A stretch of 64,000 nt of DNA from Hyaloraphidium curvatum SAG 235-1 (taxonomy: Eukaryota > Fungi > Monoblepharomycota), in NCBI GenBank assembly GCA_025558095.1, contig JAIVFI010000026.1:551045-615044 (forward strand), in the 5' to 3' direction. A program made the translations under genes and the position numbers. Below are positions 1 through 11,173 of the stretch, one piece after another. The stretch's first letter is position 1. Each line of letters opens with the position of its first letter. The notes beneath the pieces are model-generated. The model saw only the letters and a program-made list of their open reading frames with translations, did no database searches and had not been told where the DNA came from.

Positions 1-1100
1 GGGAGGAGCGGTACAGCGCGGCGATGCGGTCGATCTCGGCGTTGGCGGCCGCGATGCTGAACATTTCCTGCACCAGGATGGCGAGGATGCACAGGCAGAG
101 GAACACGATCCACAGGGGAACGCACGAGGAGGCGGAGGCAGCGATCACACTGTTCAGGACGAACACGCACAGGATGACGACCAGACTTGCGCGGCCGGCC
201 GACATGTACGTCAGCTCTGAGGCCCATGCGCTGGCCAGGGAGAAATGCAGCGGGACGTAGGACTCATCCGCGGGCAGGGCAGGGGCGGATCCGTCCGCCG
301 CGCAGGCCTTGAGCCGCGAGATGGCACCGCCCAACATCAGATCAACGGCCCGGTAGCGGAGACGACCCTGCAGCCGGAGCAGCACCGTACTGAGAAGGGG
401 AGCGAAAGTGACCGCCAGCGTCCAGAAAAGAAAGAGGAGTGCGAGGACCTCCAACGCAAAGGGCCCTATCGGAGCGAGTGCGCGCAAGACCCCGCCTGCT
501 GAGGAAGAGACCCGGAGCAGGAGACGAGCGGCCAGGGGCAGAGTTTGTCGTCTGGCACGTGTGGAACAAGGGCTGACGAATACGAAATCAGGCGCCGCCA
601 ACGCACGAGCACGGCCATTGGGTGGGCATCAGCCTTTGGTTCAGTGACGTTTGCGCCCATTGTGGCCAGCATGCCGTACAACCCCAAGGCGATGGCGGAG
701 CAAGACCATAGAACGGCGGTGGTCCTTTACGCGGCCATGTGGCGGGTGCTGAAGGTGCCCATGATTCCGATACCAGACTGCGGCGGTGGGCACGGTCCCG
801 AGCGCCGCGCTGACGGCGAGCCGCGCGCCGTTCCACCGCGCAAAGCCGGCCAGCGCAAGGTGGATCCGAGTGACGAACCGCAGGAAACCGTCCTGTTCCA
901 GCCCGGCAAGCAGCGCCCGCGAGTCGAAGGGCGCGTCTCCCGCGGCCCCTTCCCCGTCGTCCTTGGCCGCCTCTGCCACCGTGCCGCTCTCGTCGCCGAG
1001 AAAAAGGGCATGCCTTTCGGCCGGAGTAGGCGGAATGGCGGGGAGGCCTCCATTTTGCCGGGGAAACAGAACGAGGCGGAACTTTCCGCGTGGAAGGCCA
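1..1100 (-). pseudogene. Decayed paralog of the 7TM membrane protein at 9334-10746; runs off the window start
   Basis: Pieces in different frames match the intact paralog (FLRFVTRIHLALAGFARW, GTFSTRHMAA*, HPMAVLVRWRRL, IAAANAEIDRIAALY). There is a frameshift near 765, a premature TAA at 727-729 where the paralog has TAC, and further frameshifts. Confidence 0.8.
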
Positions 1101-1225
1101 TGAACAAGATAGGCTCCCCAGAGCAAGGCTCCTCGATCCCATCCTGATAGACTAGCCGACTTCCTCGACTCCAACGTAATTGTTGAACCGATAGCATGTT
1201 CGATTGCCCCATCCAACTACATCAA

Positions 1226-4200
1226 TCACTGGATCCAGCGCCGGCCGACCCTTGGCCGCAGGCGTCGCTCCGCAGGCTCTTCTACCTCCGCCAGGCCCGA
1301 GTCCGATCCCGACGAAGCGTCCTCCCCGACGCCATCGTCGTCGCCCTTATTCCCGCCCGAGGTTGCGTCCAATGCTCCGTCCGCCGTCTTCTCATCAGCA
1401 CTCCCGGCCCCAGCCTTCTCGTCCGCAGGCCCGTCCGCGGTCTTCTCGACCTGGCCCCCGGTCTCGGCCGCGAGCTCGGAAGCCGATGTTCCGCCGGCAT
1501 TCTTCCCGTCCGTTTCCGCGTCGTCATCTGCATCCATTCCTGCGTCCTCATCATCGGCATCGGCAGCTTTGCCGCTGTCTTCCTTCACCTGCCCCTGCGT
1601 CTCGGCGGCAAACCCGGAATCCCCGGCCGTCCCCACCCCAGAAGGATCCGCATCATCCGCATCCGCAGCAGGAGTCTCTGATGGGCTTGAATCCGTAACG
1701 GCGGGCGGTCCGGCATCGTTCTCGTTGTCCTCCTCGTCGTCATCCGCATCCTTCCCTGCGTCCTCCTTCACCTGCCCCTGCGTCTCGGCGGCGAAAGCGG
1801 GATCCACGGTCCCCTCGGCCTCGTTGTCCCCGGAAGCTCCTGCATCGACCGCCTCCGCGGCGGGGGTCACCGCCAGGCCGGATTCGGAGGCGGTAGGCGA
1901 GTCCACGTCCTCCTTGGGACGCACCCGGGAACTGGCGTCCGCCTCGTCCTCGTCGTCATCGTCCTCATCTTCGGGCGACATTGCCGACCCGTCCTCGTCC
2001 GGCGAATCCCCAGAACCCGCGCTCGCGTCTCCAGGCTCGCCGCCGCCTTCGGTCCCGGCGCCGCCCGTGGAGCCCAGGGCATCCTTGGCACCGTCGTCCG
2101 CGTGTCCTTCGTCCTCAGAGGCCGGTTGCTCGGAGGCGGGAGTCTCGGCGGTGCTGGTATCTGAGGCGGCGGGTTCCTCGGTGGGGCTCGGAATGGCGGG
2201 CTCCGTCGCGCCGTCGCCATCCTCCTCGTGCTCCTCGTCCTCCTCGTCCTCGCCATCCTCCCCATCGTCGTCCTCCTCGGCATCATCCCCTTCTTCCCCG
2301 TCATCATCTCCCGACTCGGTCGCCTCCTTGAGCGCCTCCTGCAGGTCCTCCATGTCCACGGGCTCCCCGCTTCCCCCCCCCGTGCCCACGATGATCTTGC
2401 TCCACCACCTGCACGTCCCCTTGCACAGCGACTGGATCTGCATCATCGCGTCGCTGCCCAGGTACGAGGCGTCCCCGCTCGCGCGGTTGGCGATGGACTT
2501 GTCGACCAGCGCGGCGGCGCGGCGGAGGCGGTCCAGCAGGCGGCGGAGGGACCGGATGGTGGCGATCACGTTCTTGTGGAGCTCGACCAGGCGGGCGTCG
2601 GGGGTGGTGGTGGTGGTGCGGAAGGGGGTGGTGGTGTAGACGGTCCTCGTGGTGGTGAGCGGCGTTGTGGTGGTCGGCTCAGCGGTGGTGGTCGGCTCAA
2701 CGGTGGTCGGCTCGGGGGTCGGCTCGGAGGTCGGCTCGGAGGCCGGCTCGGTGGTCGCCGCGAGAGCCGTGGTCGTCTCCGCGTCCTCATCGTCGTCATC
2801 CTCCTCCTCGTCGTCATCCTCCACGTCCTTCGACGGCTCCGCGCCATCCTCGGCACCCTCCTTGTCCTCCGCAGCCGCCGTCTTGGGCGGCGCCGCCGCG
2901 ATCCGGACCGCCGCGAACGCATTGGTCGGCTGCGCCGCCGCCGTGGTGCCACTCGCTGCCTCCTTGACCTGGCCCGCAGTTTCGGCGGCAAATTCATCGT
3001 CATCCTCCTTGGAGGACGAGGTGCCGGCGGCGGATGCATCCTCGTCCCCAGCCTTGCCGCTGGCGGGCGCATCGTCGTCCTCAGCCTTGCTGCCAGCCGA
3101 TGCATCGTCGTCCCCGCCCTTGCCGGCAGCGGACGCATCATCGTCCCCGGCATTGGCCGCGCCGACACCATCATCGTCATCCCCGTCGCCGTCGTCCCCG
3201 TCCGAGCCCGCCTTTCCCTTGGCCCCGCCCGCGGACGACTCTGCGGCGTCGTCGTCCGAATCCGCGTCCCCGTCCGATCCCGAGCCGGTGTCCGATCCCT
3301 CGCCAGCGCCCGAGCCGGAATCCGAGCCGGCATCCGATCCCGAGCCAACGTCCGATCCCGAGCCAACGTCCGATCCCGAGCCAACGTCCGATCCCGAGCC
3401 AGTGTCCGAGCCCGAGCCAGCGTCCGATCCCGAGCCCGAGCCCGAATCCGTTCCCGATCCCGCGTCCGACCCTTCGCCGGAGCCCGATCCCGAACCCGCA
3501 TTGTCGTCGGCATCCACGCGGCCGGCGGTCTCGGCCCCGAATCCGTCGGCATCCTCGGATCCATCGCCGCCCACATCGCCGCCCGTCTTGGCGCCCTCGG
3601 AATCGTCGTCGGCCTCCTTTTCGTCCGGAGACTCGCCGGATGCATCTGCAGAAGACGAGGTCAGCTCCCGCGCACCTTCCCGCCCGGAAGGGAAACGTAC
3701 CGTCATCATCATCGTCCTCATCGTCCTGCCGCCGCACGAGCCTGGCCTCCTTCTCGCCGGAACCGTCGTCGTCGTCCCCGGCCGACCCAGTGGACTTGGC
3801 GCCCGCCGCGTCCCCGTCCTCCTGATCGTCGTCCTCCGCAGATGCATCCATCGAACCGAGCTCCCCGTCCGCATCCTTCGACCCCTCTTCCCCATCCGCA
3901 TTCTCCGACACCGCGTCCCCGTCCGCATCCGGTCCGGGCGTCGGCTCCACCGCCTCCGTCGCCGACGCCTCGTCCCCTCCGGAAGCACCGCCGACCCCGC
4001 CCTCCGACGACGCATCCGGCGTGGTCGCCGGCTCCGAGGCCTCGGTGGCGGACGGCGGCTCGTCGCCCGCGGCACCGCCCTCGGGAGCGGGAGAGTCTTC
4101 GGATGAAGAGTCCGCGTCGGCCGCCGGGGTCGGCTCCGCGGCCTCCGTCGTCGAACCCTCCTCCGCGCCGACATCATCGTCGTCGTCCCCGGCTGCAGTT

Positions 4201-6212
4201 TTCGAGGATCCGCCGCCGTCGGCGTCAGCTGCGGGCGTCGGCTCTGCGGCCTCCGTCTTCAAAGCCTCCGCCGCATCCCCGCCATCGTCGTCATCGTCCT
4301 CCCCGGCTTCGGTCTTCGAGGATCCCTCCCCGTCGGCATCAGACGCGGGCGTCGGTTCCGCGGTCTCGGTGGTCGAAGCCCCGGCATCACCGTCCGACCC
4401 GTCCACGGATGCCTTTTCCCCGGAGCCGGCGTCCAGCTCGGGCTTTGGCTCCGCGGCCTCCTCGGCCTCCCCATCCTCATCGTCGTCGTCATCCCCGGAT
4501 GCCTTCGACAACACGTCGCCGTCCGCGTCCGGCGCCGGAGTCGGCCCCGCAGCCCCGGTCTCCGACGCATCCGCATCATCGTCGTCGTCGTCCTCCCCGG
4601 ATGCAGCCTTCGACGATCCCTCCTCTCCAGCATCTGGCACGGGCGTCGGCTCCGCAGCCCCGGCGGACGACGCCCCCTCCTCGTCGTCGTCCGCGGAACC
4701 GCCCGCGGGCGCACCATCGTCCGAGGACGCGGGGGTGGGGGTCGGCTCCGCCGCCGCGCTCGCCGACGCCTCCTCGCCGTCCCCATCTCCGGCGCCCTTC
4801 CCCTCCCCCTCCTCCTCGCCGTCCCCATTCTTCCCCTCTTCCGGCGGCGGCGGCACCCCCGTCTCCTCCGCCGCCCTCCCCTCCTCCCACCACATCTCCT
4901 TGGCCTGCCTCCTCATCTCGTCCCAATCCACGCTCGTGGTCGTCGGCGTCCCCGTCCACGTCGTCGTCCGCGTCGTCGTCCTCGTCGTGCTGCTCCGCTC
5001 CGTCTCCAACCCGAGCAACACCGCGGCCTCGTGCCGTTCGCCGACGAGCTTGTCGAGGATCGCCTCCAGGCGGGAGATCTGGGCGCGGAAGCTGGCGGAG
5101 AGGGCGAGCAGGCGGTCCGGCGGGGGGGTGGGGGTCGGGGTCGGTTCGGGTTCGGTCGTAGGGGCGGTCGGATCCGCGGCGGCGTCCCCGGACTCCTTTT
5201 CTCCGTCCTCCTCCGTGCCCTCCTTCTCCTCATCGTCGTCGTCGTCCTCTGATGCGCCGCCCGACGAGGAGGGGGGGGAGGTCTCCTCGGGCGCGGCGGC
5301 CGGGTCGGTCGGGGGCGCGGCCTCGGTGGTCGCCTCCGCCGAGGGTTCAGACGCGTCTCCGTCCTCTTCATCATCCTCCTTCTTGCCCACACCGTCGTCG
5401 TCGTCGTCGTCGTCGGATGCGTCGCCCGACGTGGAAGGTGGGGAGGTTTCCTCGGGAGGGGGCGCAGAGTCCGTGCCGCGGTCGGCCGGGGCGGTTGCTT
5501 CTTCGGCGGAGGTTTCCGAGGCCGCTTCCTCCGCATCCCCCCCCTTTTCGGTCTTCACGTCGCCACCCGCCGCATCCGCGCCGTCGTCGTCGTCGTCCTC
5601 GTCGGCGGAGGTGCTCTTGTCGGTCGGTGTCGGGGCCGGCGTCTCCTCCGCACCGGAAGTGCTCTCCGCTGCCTCCAGCCCCTCCGTCTCGCCCTTCCCC
5701 GCCGCATCCTCCTTCCCCTCCGCGTCGTCATCGTCCGCGCCTTTGCCCGATGCGCTGCCGGAATCCTCGGATGCCTCGTCCGCGGGGGGCAGCCCGCCGT
5801 CGCCCGGCTCGGGTGTCGGCTCCACGGTCGCGTCCGCCGCGGCCTCGGTGCCCGTCGGCGCGTCCCCGGCGGCGCCCCCGCCGCCGGCCTCATCGTCCGC
5901 ATCGTCGTCGTCCGGATCGGCATCGGCACCGTCGTCGTCGGCGTCTTCTGCCCGCGAACCGGTGCCCTCTCCCGCGCCCCCCGCAACGCCGCCGCCCGCG
6001 TCCGCCCCGCTTCCCCCCACCTCGGCAATCTCCGCTTCACTCTCCGATATGGCATCGCGCCGCCACAGCCCGCGCCACGCGCCGCCCCGCGGGATCGCCG
6101 CCGCGACGACCACGCCGTCCGCGCCCGCCGCGCCGAGCACCGCGCAGCACACCGCGAGGAGCAGCAGCGCGAGCAGCGGGGGCGCAGGTCGCCGGCGTTT
6201 GCGGCGGGGCAT
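1226..6212 (-). CDS. Very large (~1640 aa) secreted, acidic, low-complexity repeat protein; one intron at 3646-3700
   Basis: Signal peptide PPLLALLLLAVCCAVLGAAG after ATG 6212. The intron GTACGT..CTGAC..CAG joins the 1135-aa and 983-aa ORFs in frame. D/E/A/G/S-rich with EPTP, AAETxGQV and GSGSD repeats and two amphipathic helical segments. Confidence 0.75.
3272..3497. repeat. 18-bp coding tandem repeat (GSGSDV/A units)
   Basis: GTCCGATCCCGAGCCAAC-type units, near-exact around 3333-3400 and degenerate on the flanks. Confidence 0.85.
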
Positions 6213-6584
6213 CGCGGCACGGGGTGCCGCACTCGAGGTTGCAGGGGCAGAGGGGTGGGGTGGTGGACGGGCGGCGGACGCATTCCGGGTCCAGGACCAG
6301 CCCGCGTTGGTGGCACCCGCGTTCGCCGCCCTCCGATGGGCCGGATGGCTTGGAGAGAGCCAGGCCGGGGGAAGCAGAGAAGAGAGAATGGAGAGTCGGG
6401 GGGCATGTTGATGCCGGGCGAGCAAGGGAGGGGTTGGGGATGAAGTCTGGCAGGGCGGCGACCAACGCTCCTGGTAGTGGATGGCCTTGTTTCGGAGCAA
6501 CTTGACATCAGAATTGCCTCCTGAAAAATGAAACAAGCAAGGACCATCCGACAACCGCGGACTTTGCGCTCCCTTCGCTGCCAA

Positions 6585-7268
6585 TTACACCTCCGCGGGC
6601 TCAATCGTCTGAAAGTAGTACACCACACCCCCGTACTCCTCCGGCGCCGTGTACTTCTCCTTCTTGCCCCTCCTCCACTCGACCGGCCTCGCAAATGCCG
6701 GCCCGTCGTAGACGAACGTGTGGAACTCCCCGTTCTCCCCCGCCGGATCCACGCCATGCGGCAGGCTATCCACGAACTCGGCGTCGAACTCCCTCCCCAC
6801 GAATTCCTCCGTCAGGTACCTCCCATCGACGACCACCACCACCGCGCGGTACCCCGCCCCCAAAAACTCGCGCACGAGCGCGCGCCTGTCGCCGCCCCAG
6901 AGCGGCAGCACCGCCTGCAGCCCCGCCGCCCCGCACACGCGCTCTTCCCACGCGCGGTGCTCGGGGATGTCGATGTCCCCGAACACGGCATGGGTGACGC
7001 CCTCCGCCTTCGCCTCCCTGAGCATCTCGACGAACAGCTCCTCGTACGTCGTCCACGACGCGGAATAGAACCGCACCGGGACCCCCAGCGCCTCCGCCTG
7101 CGCTTCGTGCAATTCGGGGGGCACGCCGTGCGACCGCGAGCGCACGCCGGATTCGTCCAGGGCGGTGACCAGCAGCGCGGGTTGCAGGCCCGAGAGGCGG
7201 GCGCGGTGCAGCGCGAGGCACGAGTCCTTGCCGCCGGACCAGGAGACGAGGGCGCGGGGCGCGTCCAT
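6585..7268 (-). CDS. Diphthine-ammonia ligase (Dph6)-related PP-loop ATP pyrophosphatase, stand-alone bacterial/archaeal type
   Basis: SWSGGKDS PP-loop, VFGDID, PLW, VDPAGENGEFHTFVYDGP motifs; intronless, 227 aa. Confidence 0.9.
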   Translation of the reverse strand: MDAPRALVSWSGGKDSCLALHRARLSGLQPALLVTALDESGVRSRSHGVPPELHEAQAEALGVPVRFYSASWTTYEELFVEMLREAKAEGVTHAVFGDIDIPEHRAWEERVCGAAGLQAVLPLWGGDRRALVREFLGAGYRAVVVVVDGRYLTEEFVGREFDAEFVDSLPHGVDPAGENGEFHTFVYDGPAFARPVEWRRGKKEKYTAPEEYGGVVYYFQTIEPAEV

Positions 7269-7393
7269 CGCGGGAAAGGGAGCGCAAATGGGGAGATCTA
7301 GGAGCTGTGGACGGGGTGGAAGCAGGGCGAGCACGTTGCAAGGGCTTGGCGACGCGGCACGGGTAAACATCGGCCATCTCCATCTCCCTCGAG

Positions 7394-8494
7394 ATGACCT
7401 CCGAGACCGCATCGCAGCCCGCGACTGACGAGGCACCTGCTGTGCTTCCGCAGGCGGCCCCCGCGTGGCCCCCGCACCCCCTCGGCGGGTCCGGCCACCT
7501 GTTCGACCGCGCCTTCGTCATCCGCCCCGTGTCCCCGGGCCTCTACCGCGCCCGCATCTCCACCGGCTTCTCCGGCGTGCCCAACAGGCCCATCGGCAGC
7601 TACGTGCTCGCCTTTGCGCTGCGGTGCATGCTGCACCACGCCGGCGCGGACTACCCCGACGCCGTGTCGATCCACGCGCACTTCTACAGCTCGCCGCCGC
7701 TCGGGAGCGAGGTCGAGATCGCGCTCAGGGAGCGGAGGAGGGGCCGGGCGCTGCTCTTTCTCGACGCGGAGATCACGCTGCCGCGGCAGGGCAAGGAACC
7801 CGAGCCCGTGATTTCGGCGCAGGGCATCCTGGGGCACCTACCCGCCGCCGACCTGCAGCTCCGCACCGCGCGGTTCACAGCCCCCGCGATGCCGCCTCCC
7901 CCCGATGACTGCAGGGACCTGTACGCCGCGCTGTTCGCGGACCCCACGCGTCCCCCGAAAGACCCGCAGGACGTCGACAGGGCGGAATCCGTGTCGGTCC
8001 TGGCCGACCCGTCGCGGCTCTCCTCCGCCTTGGCGCTGATCACCGCGCCGGATGCCACGCCGCTGGACCTCGCCCGCGCGTCGCTCGGCCCCGTCTGGAT
8101 GCTCCATCCCGACGGACGGCCACTGGACCAATCCTCGCTGTGCTTCTTCGCGGACCAGCCGCCCCCCGCCAACGCCGTGCTCACCATGCGGCGCCGCGCC
8201 CTCGACGGGCAAAAGGTGCTCATGCCGTCGACGGTCACCCTCTCGGTGCACTTCCACTGCCGCCCCGCGCGCGACGCGCTGCGGTGCGTCAACGTCTCGG
8301 GGTGCGGGCTGATCGCGGCGGGGGAAACGGAGGGGAAGAACGACAACGAGATACTGCTGTTCGACGAGGGGGGGCATCTGCTGTGCAGTTCGAGGCAGGT
8401 GGTGCATACCGTCGCGATGGGGGGGAAGGAAGGGGGCGAGGGGAGGGAGCAGTTGTTTGGGAAGGAGAAGGGGGACGGCAGGGCGAGGATGTGA
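7394..8494 (+). CDS. Acyl-CoA thioesterase-like (double hotdog fold) protein
   Basis: PIGSYVLA..SIHAHFYS..RRGR; LCFFADQPP; PSTVTLSVHFH; LFDEGGHLLCSSRQ. Confidence 0.8.
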   Translation: MTSETASQPATDEAPAVLPQAAPAWPPHPLGGSGHLFDRAFVIRPVSPGLYRARISTGFSGVPNRPIGSYVLAFALRCMLHHAGADYPDAVSIHAHFYSSPPLGSEVEIALRERRRGRALLFLDAEITLPRQGKEPEPVISAQGILGHLPAADLQLRTARFTAPAMPPPPDDCRDLYAALFADPTRPPKDPQDVDRAESVSVLADPSRLSSALALITAPDATPLDLARASLGPVWMLHPDGRPLDQSSLCFFADQPPPANAVLTMRRRALDGQKVLMPSTVTLSVHFHCRPARDALRCVNVSGCGLIAAGETEGKNDNEILLFDEGGHLLCSSRQVVHTVAMGGKEGGEGREQLFGKEKGDGRARM

Positions 8495-9333
8495 GGCCGC
8501 ATCCGACGGCGGCGGGCGGGATGCGGTCTTGCGGCGCGATGGCAGGACGACGTCTGCCGGACCGGGGCGGGGAACGTCAGGGGCGTTGCCGTGGACGAGG
8601 AGCTGGATTCGGCAGTGGATGCGGCGGGGAGGTGGCCCGCCGTCGGATGAGGATGAATAGGCAGCAATTCCAGTGTTGCCTGGAGTGCGAAGGGGAGTGC
8701 GAAGGGGAATTCTCGTCGGATGCGAGCGTTTCGGGTTTGACGGCATACCATGGAGGCTTTCCCGGTCCATGACGCGAACCGGGTCCCCACCTCCCGAAGT
8801 CCGACGCACATCACACGCGCTTCTGGCCATCCAGAAACATGACTCTAATCCGTGCTCGTGGTTGACGTCGTTGCGGTTCTTGTGAATGAAGGTGTGCGGG
8901 TCACTGAGGCGTCGTTGCGCAGCCGCTTTTCGACTCGTTTCTCCAGGAGCGTGTTTGCGGTTCGAGGTTCGCCCCGCCGCGTCGACAGAGCGATGTCGTG
9001 GAACGTCTTCTAGGAGCCAAACACTATACGGTTTCTCGAGGGGATGGAGAGGTTGTTTGGGAAGGAGAGGGGGGCCGGCAAGGGGAGGATGTGAGGAGAC
9101 CGCCGCTGGCGACGGTTCAACCTGCTAACCCGAGCCCGGCGAGGGTTCGCTGGGTCCACTCGCGCCTACAGACGCCGACGATCTGAAGCGTCAGATTTGA
9201 GACCGATCAAAGTCCGTCACGTTATCCGGATTGGCCTAGCCGGGCAGCGTGAGGTCGCGGCTAGTAGTAGCCCAGGCCGGTGGGCGCCGCCGTCGCAACT
9301 CTGTCGGACGCGAAACCACTATCGCCCCGCAAG

Positions 9334-10746
9334 ATGGACGCCGCCCCTACCTTCCGCTTGTCTGTCGCGGAACAATGTGCCATTTTTCCTGCCGAAGCGG
9401 GCGGCCCCGGTGCGGGGGCGGTCAAGGACGACGATGAAGGCGGCGGGGGAGACGCGTGCTTCAACACCGCCGCCCTCCTCGCGGGCCTCAAACAGGATCC
9501 GTTCCTGCAATTCATCACCCGGTTGCACCTTGCGCTGGCCGGCTATGCGCGCTGGAGTGGGGTCGCGCTGGCCATCACTGCGCTGTTCTCCACGACCTCC
9601 ACCGCCGCGGTTTGGAGCTTTAACGGGATCACCGGCACGTTCAGCACCCGGCACATGGCCGCCTACACTGCCGGAGTCGCGCTGTGGGCTGCCAGCTGCA
9701 TTCTGCTCGGCCTTTTGGTCGTGCTGGCCACGATGAGCTCCTTCGTCTCGGAGCCGCAGGCTTCGGCCCACCCGATGGCCGTGCTCGTGCGGTGGAGGCA
9801 GCTGGTTGCGGATGGTTCGGACCTCGTCGCGCATGTGCCCGGTGATGAGAGCTGCGCGTGTCCCCGGGCGGAGTGCGCCGGCTCGCTGCCGAAGCAGGCA
9901 GCGGTCTTGCGGACGCTGGCCCCGATTGTCCCCCTCGGGTTCAACCTCCTTGGCATCCTCTTCCTCTTCTGGACCCTGGCGGTAACATTTGCGCCCCTGC
10001 TTTGGAGCAGCGCGGGGTGGACTGCCTACTTCGTGGCCTGCCTCTGCTGGGTGGCCCTCATCTACAGCACGCCCACGCACATCATGCTCGCCTGGAACAC
10101 CCCCAGCACGGCACTGCTCCGTCTACAGGGCCGTCTCCGCTATATGGCCGTCTCGCTCGCCCTCGGCGGCGCCATCTCCCGGCTCGAGGCCTGCGCCGCG
10201 GACGGATCCGCCCCCAGCGTTCCGGCCGACGAGCCTTATGTCGCTCTGCACTTTGCGCTCGCGAAAGCCTGGCCCTCGGAGCTGGCACACATGTCCGCCG
10301 GTCGGGCTGGCCTGGTCGCCCACCTGTGCGTCATGGCCTTGGCCGCGGTGGTCACGGCGTCCGCCTCTTCCTGCATCCCCCTCTGGATCCTGTTCGTCGC
10401 CCTCTGCATCCTCGCCGCTTTCGTGCAGGAAATGTTCGGCATCGCGACCGCCAACGCCGAGATCGACCGCGTAGCCAGCCTGTACCGCTCCTCGCGCTCC
10501 CGGATCCTCGTCGCCATTGCGCGCAAGCCCCCTGCGGAAGTGAAGGAGGCGATGCGGGACCACGCGGCGCTGCTCGATGCCTTCGAGCGAACGGAGGAGA
10601 TGCAGGGGTCCTTTTTGGGGTTCAGGGTGCGGTACTCGGTGGTCAGGGGTTTCCTAGCCACGATGCTGACGATCGCGGTGGGCATGTGGTCGCTGCTTCG
10701 GGGGGCGGGCGTGAGCTTCACGGCGGAGACGGTGTGCCCTGGTTAG
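9334..10746 (+). CDS. Seven-TM membrane protein of a locally expanded family (GR/OR/DUF3537-like architecture)
   Basis: Intact intronless ORF with seven hydrophobic segments; C-terminal GSFLGFRV..VVRGFLATMLTIAVGMWSLLRG; paralogs at 1-1100 and 16844-18453. Confidence 0.75.
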   Translation: MDAAPTFRLSVAEQCAIFPAEAGGPGAGAVKDDDEGGGGDACFNTAALLAGLKQDPFLQFITRLHLALAGYARWSGVALAITALFSTTSTAAVWSFNGITGTFSTRHMAAYTAGVALWAASCILLGLLVVLATMSSFVSEPQASAHPMAVLVRWRQLVADGSDLVAHVPGDESCACPRAECAGSLPKQAAVLRTLAPIVPLGFNLLGILFLFWTLAVTFAPLLWSSAGWTAYFVACLCWVALIYSTPTHIMLAWNTPSTALLRLQGRLRYMAVSLALGGAISRLEACAADGSAPSVPADEPYVALHFALAKAWPSELAHMSAGRAGLVAHLCVMALAAVVTASASSCIPLWILFVALCILAAFVQEMFGIATANAEIDRVASLYRSSRSRILVAIARKPPAEVKEAMRDHAALLDAFERTEEMQGSFLGFRVRYSVVRGFLATMLTIAVGMWSLLRGAGVSFTAETVCPG

Positions 10747-10884
10747 TTGCTGCTGCGGTTGATGGGGATCGGACGTTCTTCCGCCAAGAGCCAGGCAGTT
10801 AGATCAAGGCTGTGGCGAGGCTGTGAGACGCAATTGATTTGTCTATCCTACGATCCCGCGAACGATTCTGCTGGGTTTTACCAT

Positions 10885-11082
10885 CCCAGAACTGATCCCG
10901 GATCTGATGCGAAATCTGATCTGGGAACTGGCCTCGGAACTGATCTGGGAACTGATCCCAGATCGGACTCCAGAACAGGTCTCGGAAATGATTTCGTATC
11001 ACCATCCCAAACAGTGATTCCAGAATGATCGTGGAGGTGATACTCGGAACTGATCCCAGTCCCAGAACCGATCCCGGATCGA
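10885..11082. repeat. Degenerate 12-bp intergenic minisatellite (consensus ~CCCGGAACTGAT)
   Basis: Units cccagaactgat/cccggatctgat/ctcggaactgat/ctgggaactgat and others; lower GC than the flanks; between convergent genes. Confidence 0.7.
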
Positions 11083-11173
11083 GAGACGGCTTTGACGATC
11101 ACCGCAGGCGGTTCATACTATTGCGAAGAATGATGATATCTGGCGCTTTCGTTTACCTAGGCCGGAGGAGCGA

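Noticed and set aside
1569-6505. Long plus-strand ORFs (356-977 aa)
   Set aside because: Antisense shadows of a GC-rich repetitive gene; the same applies to many Arg/Pro-rich ORFs across the window
6585-7268. Calling this gene DPH6
   Set aside because: It is the short stand-alone form without the C-terminal YjgF-like domains of fungal Dph6; orthology is not shown
10885-11082. CRISPR-like array
   Set aside because: Units are short, degenerate and contiguous, with no unique spacers and no cas genes
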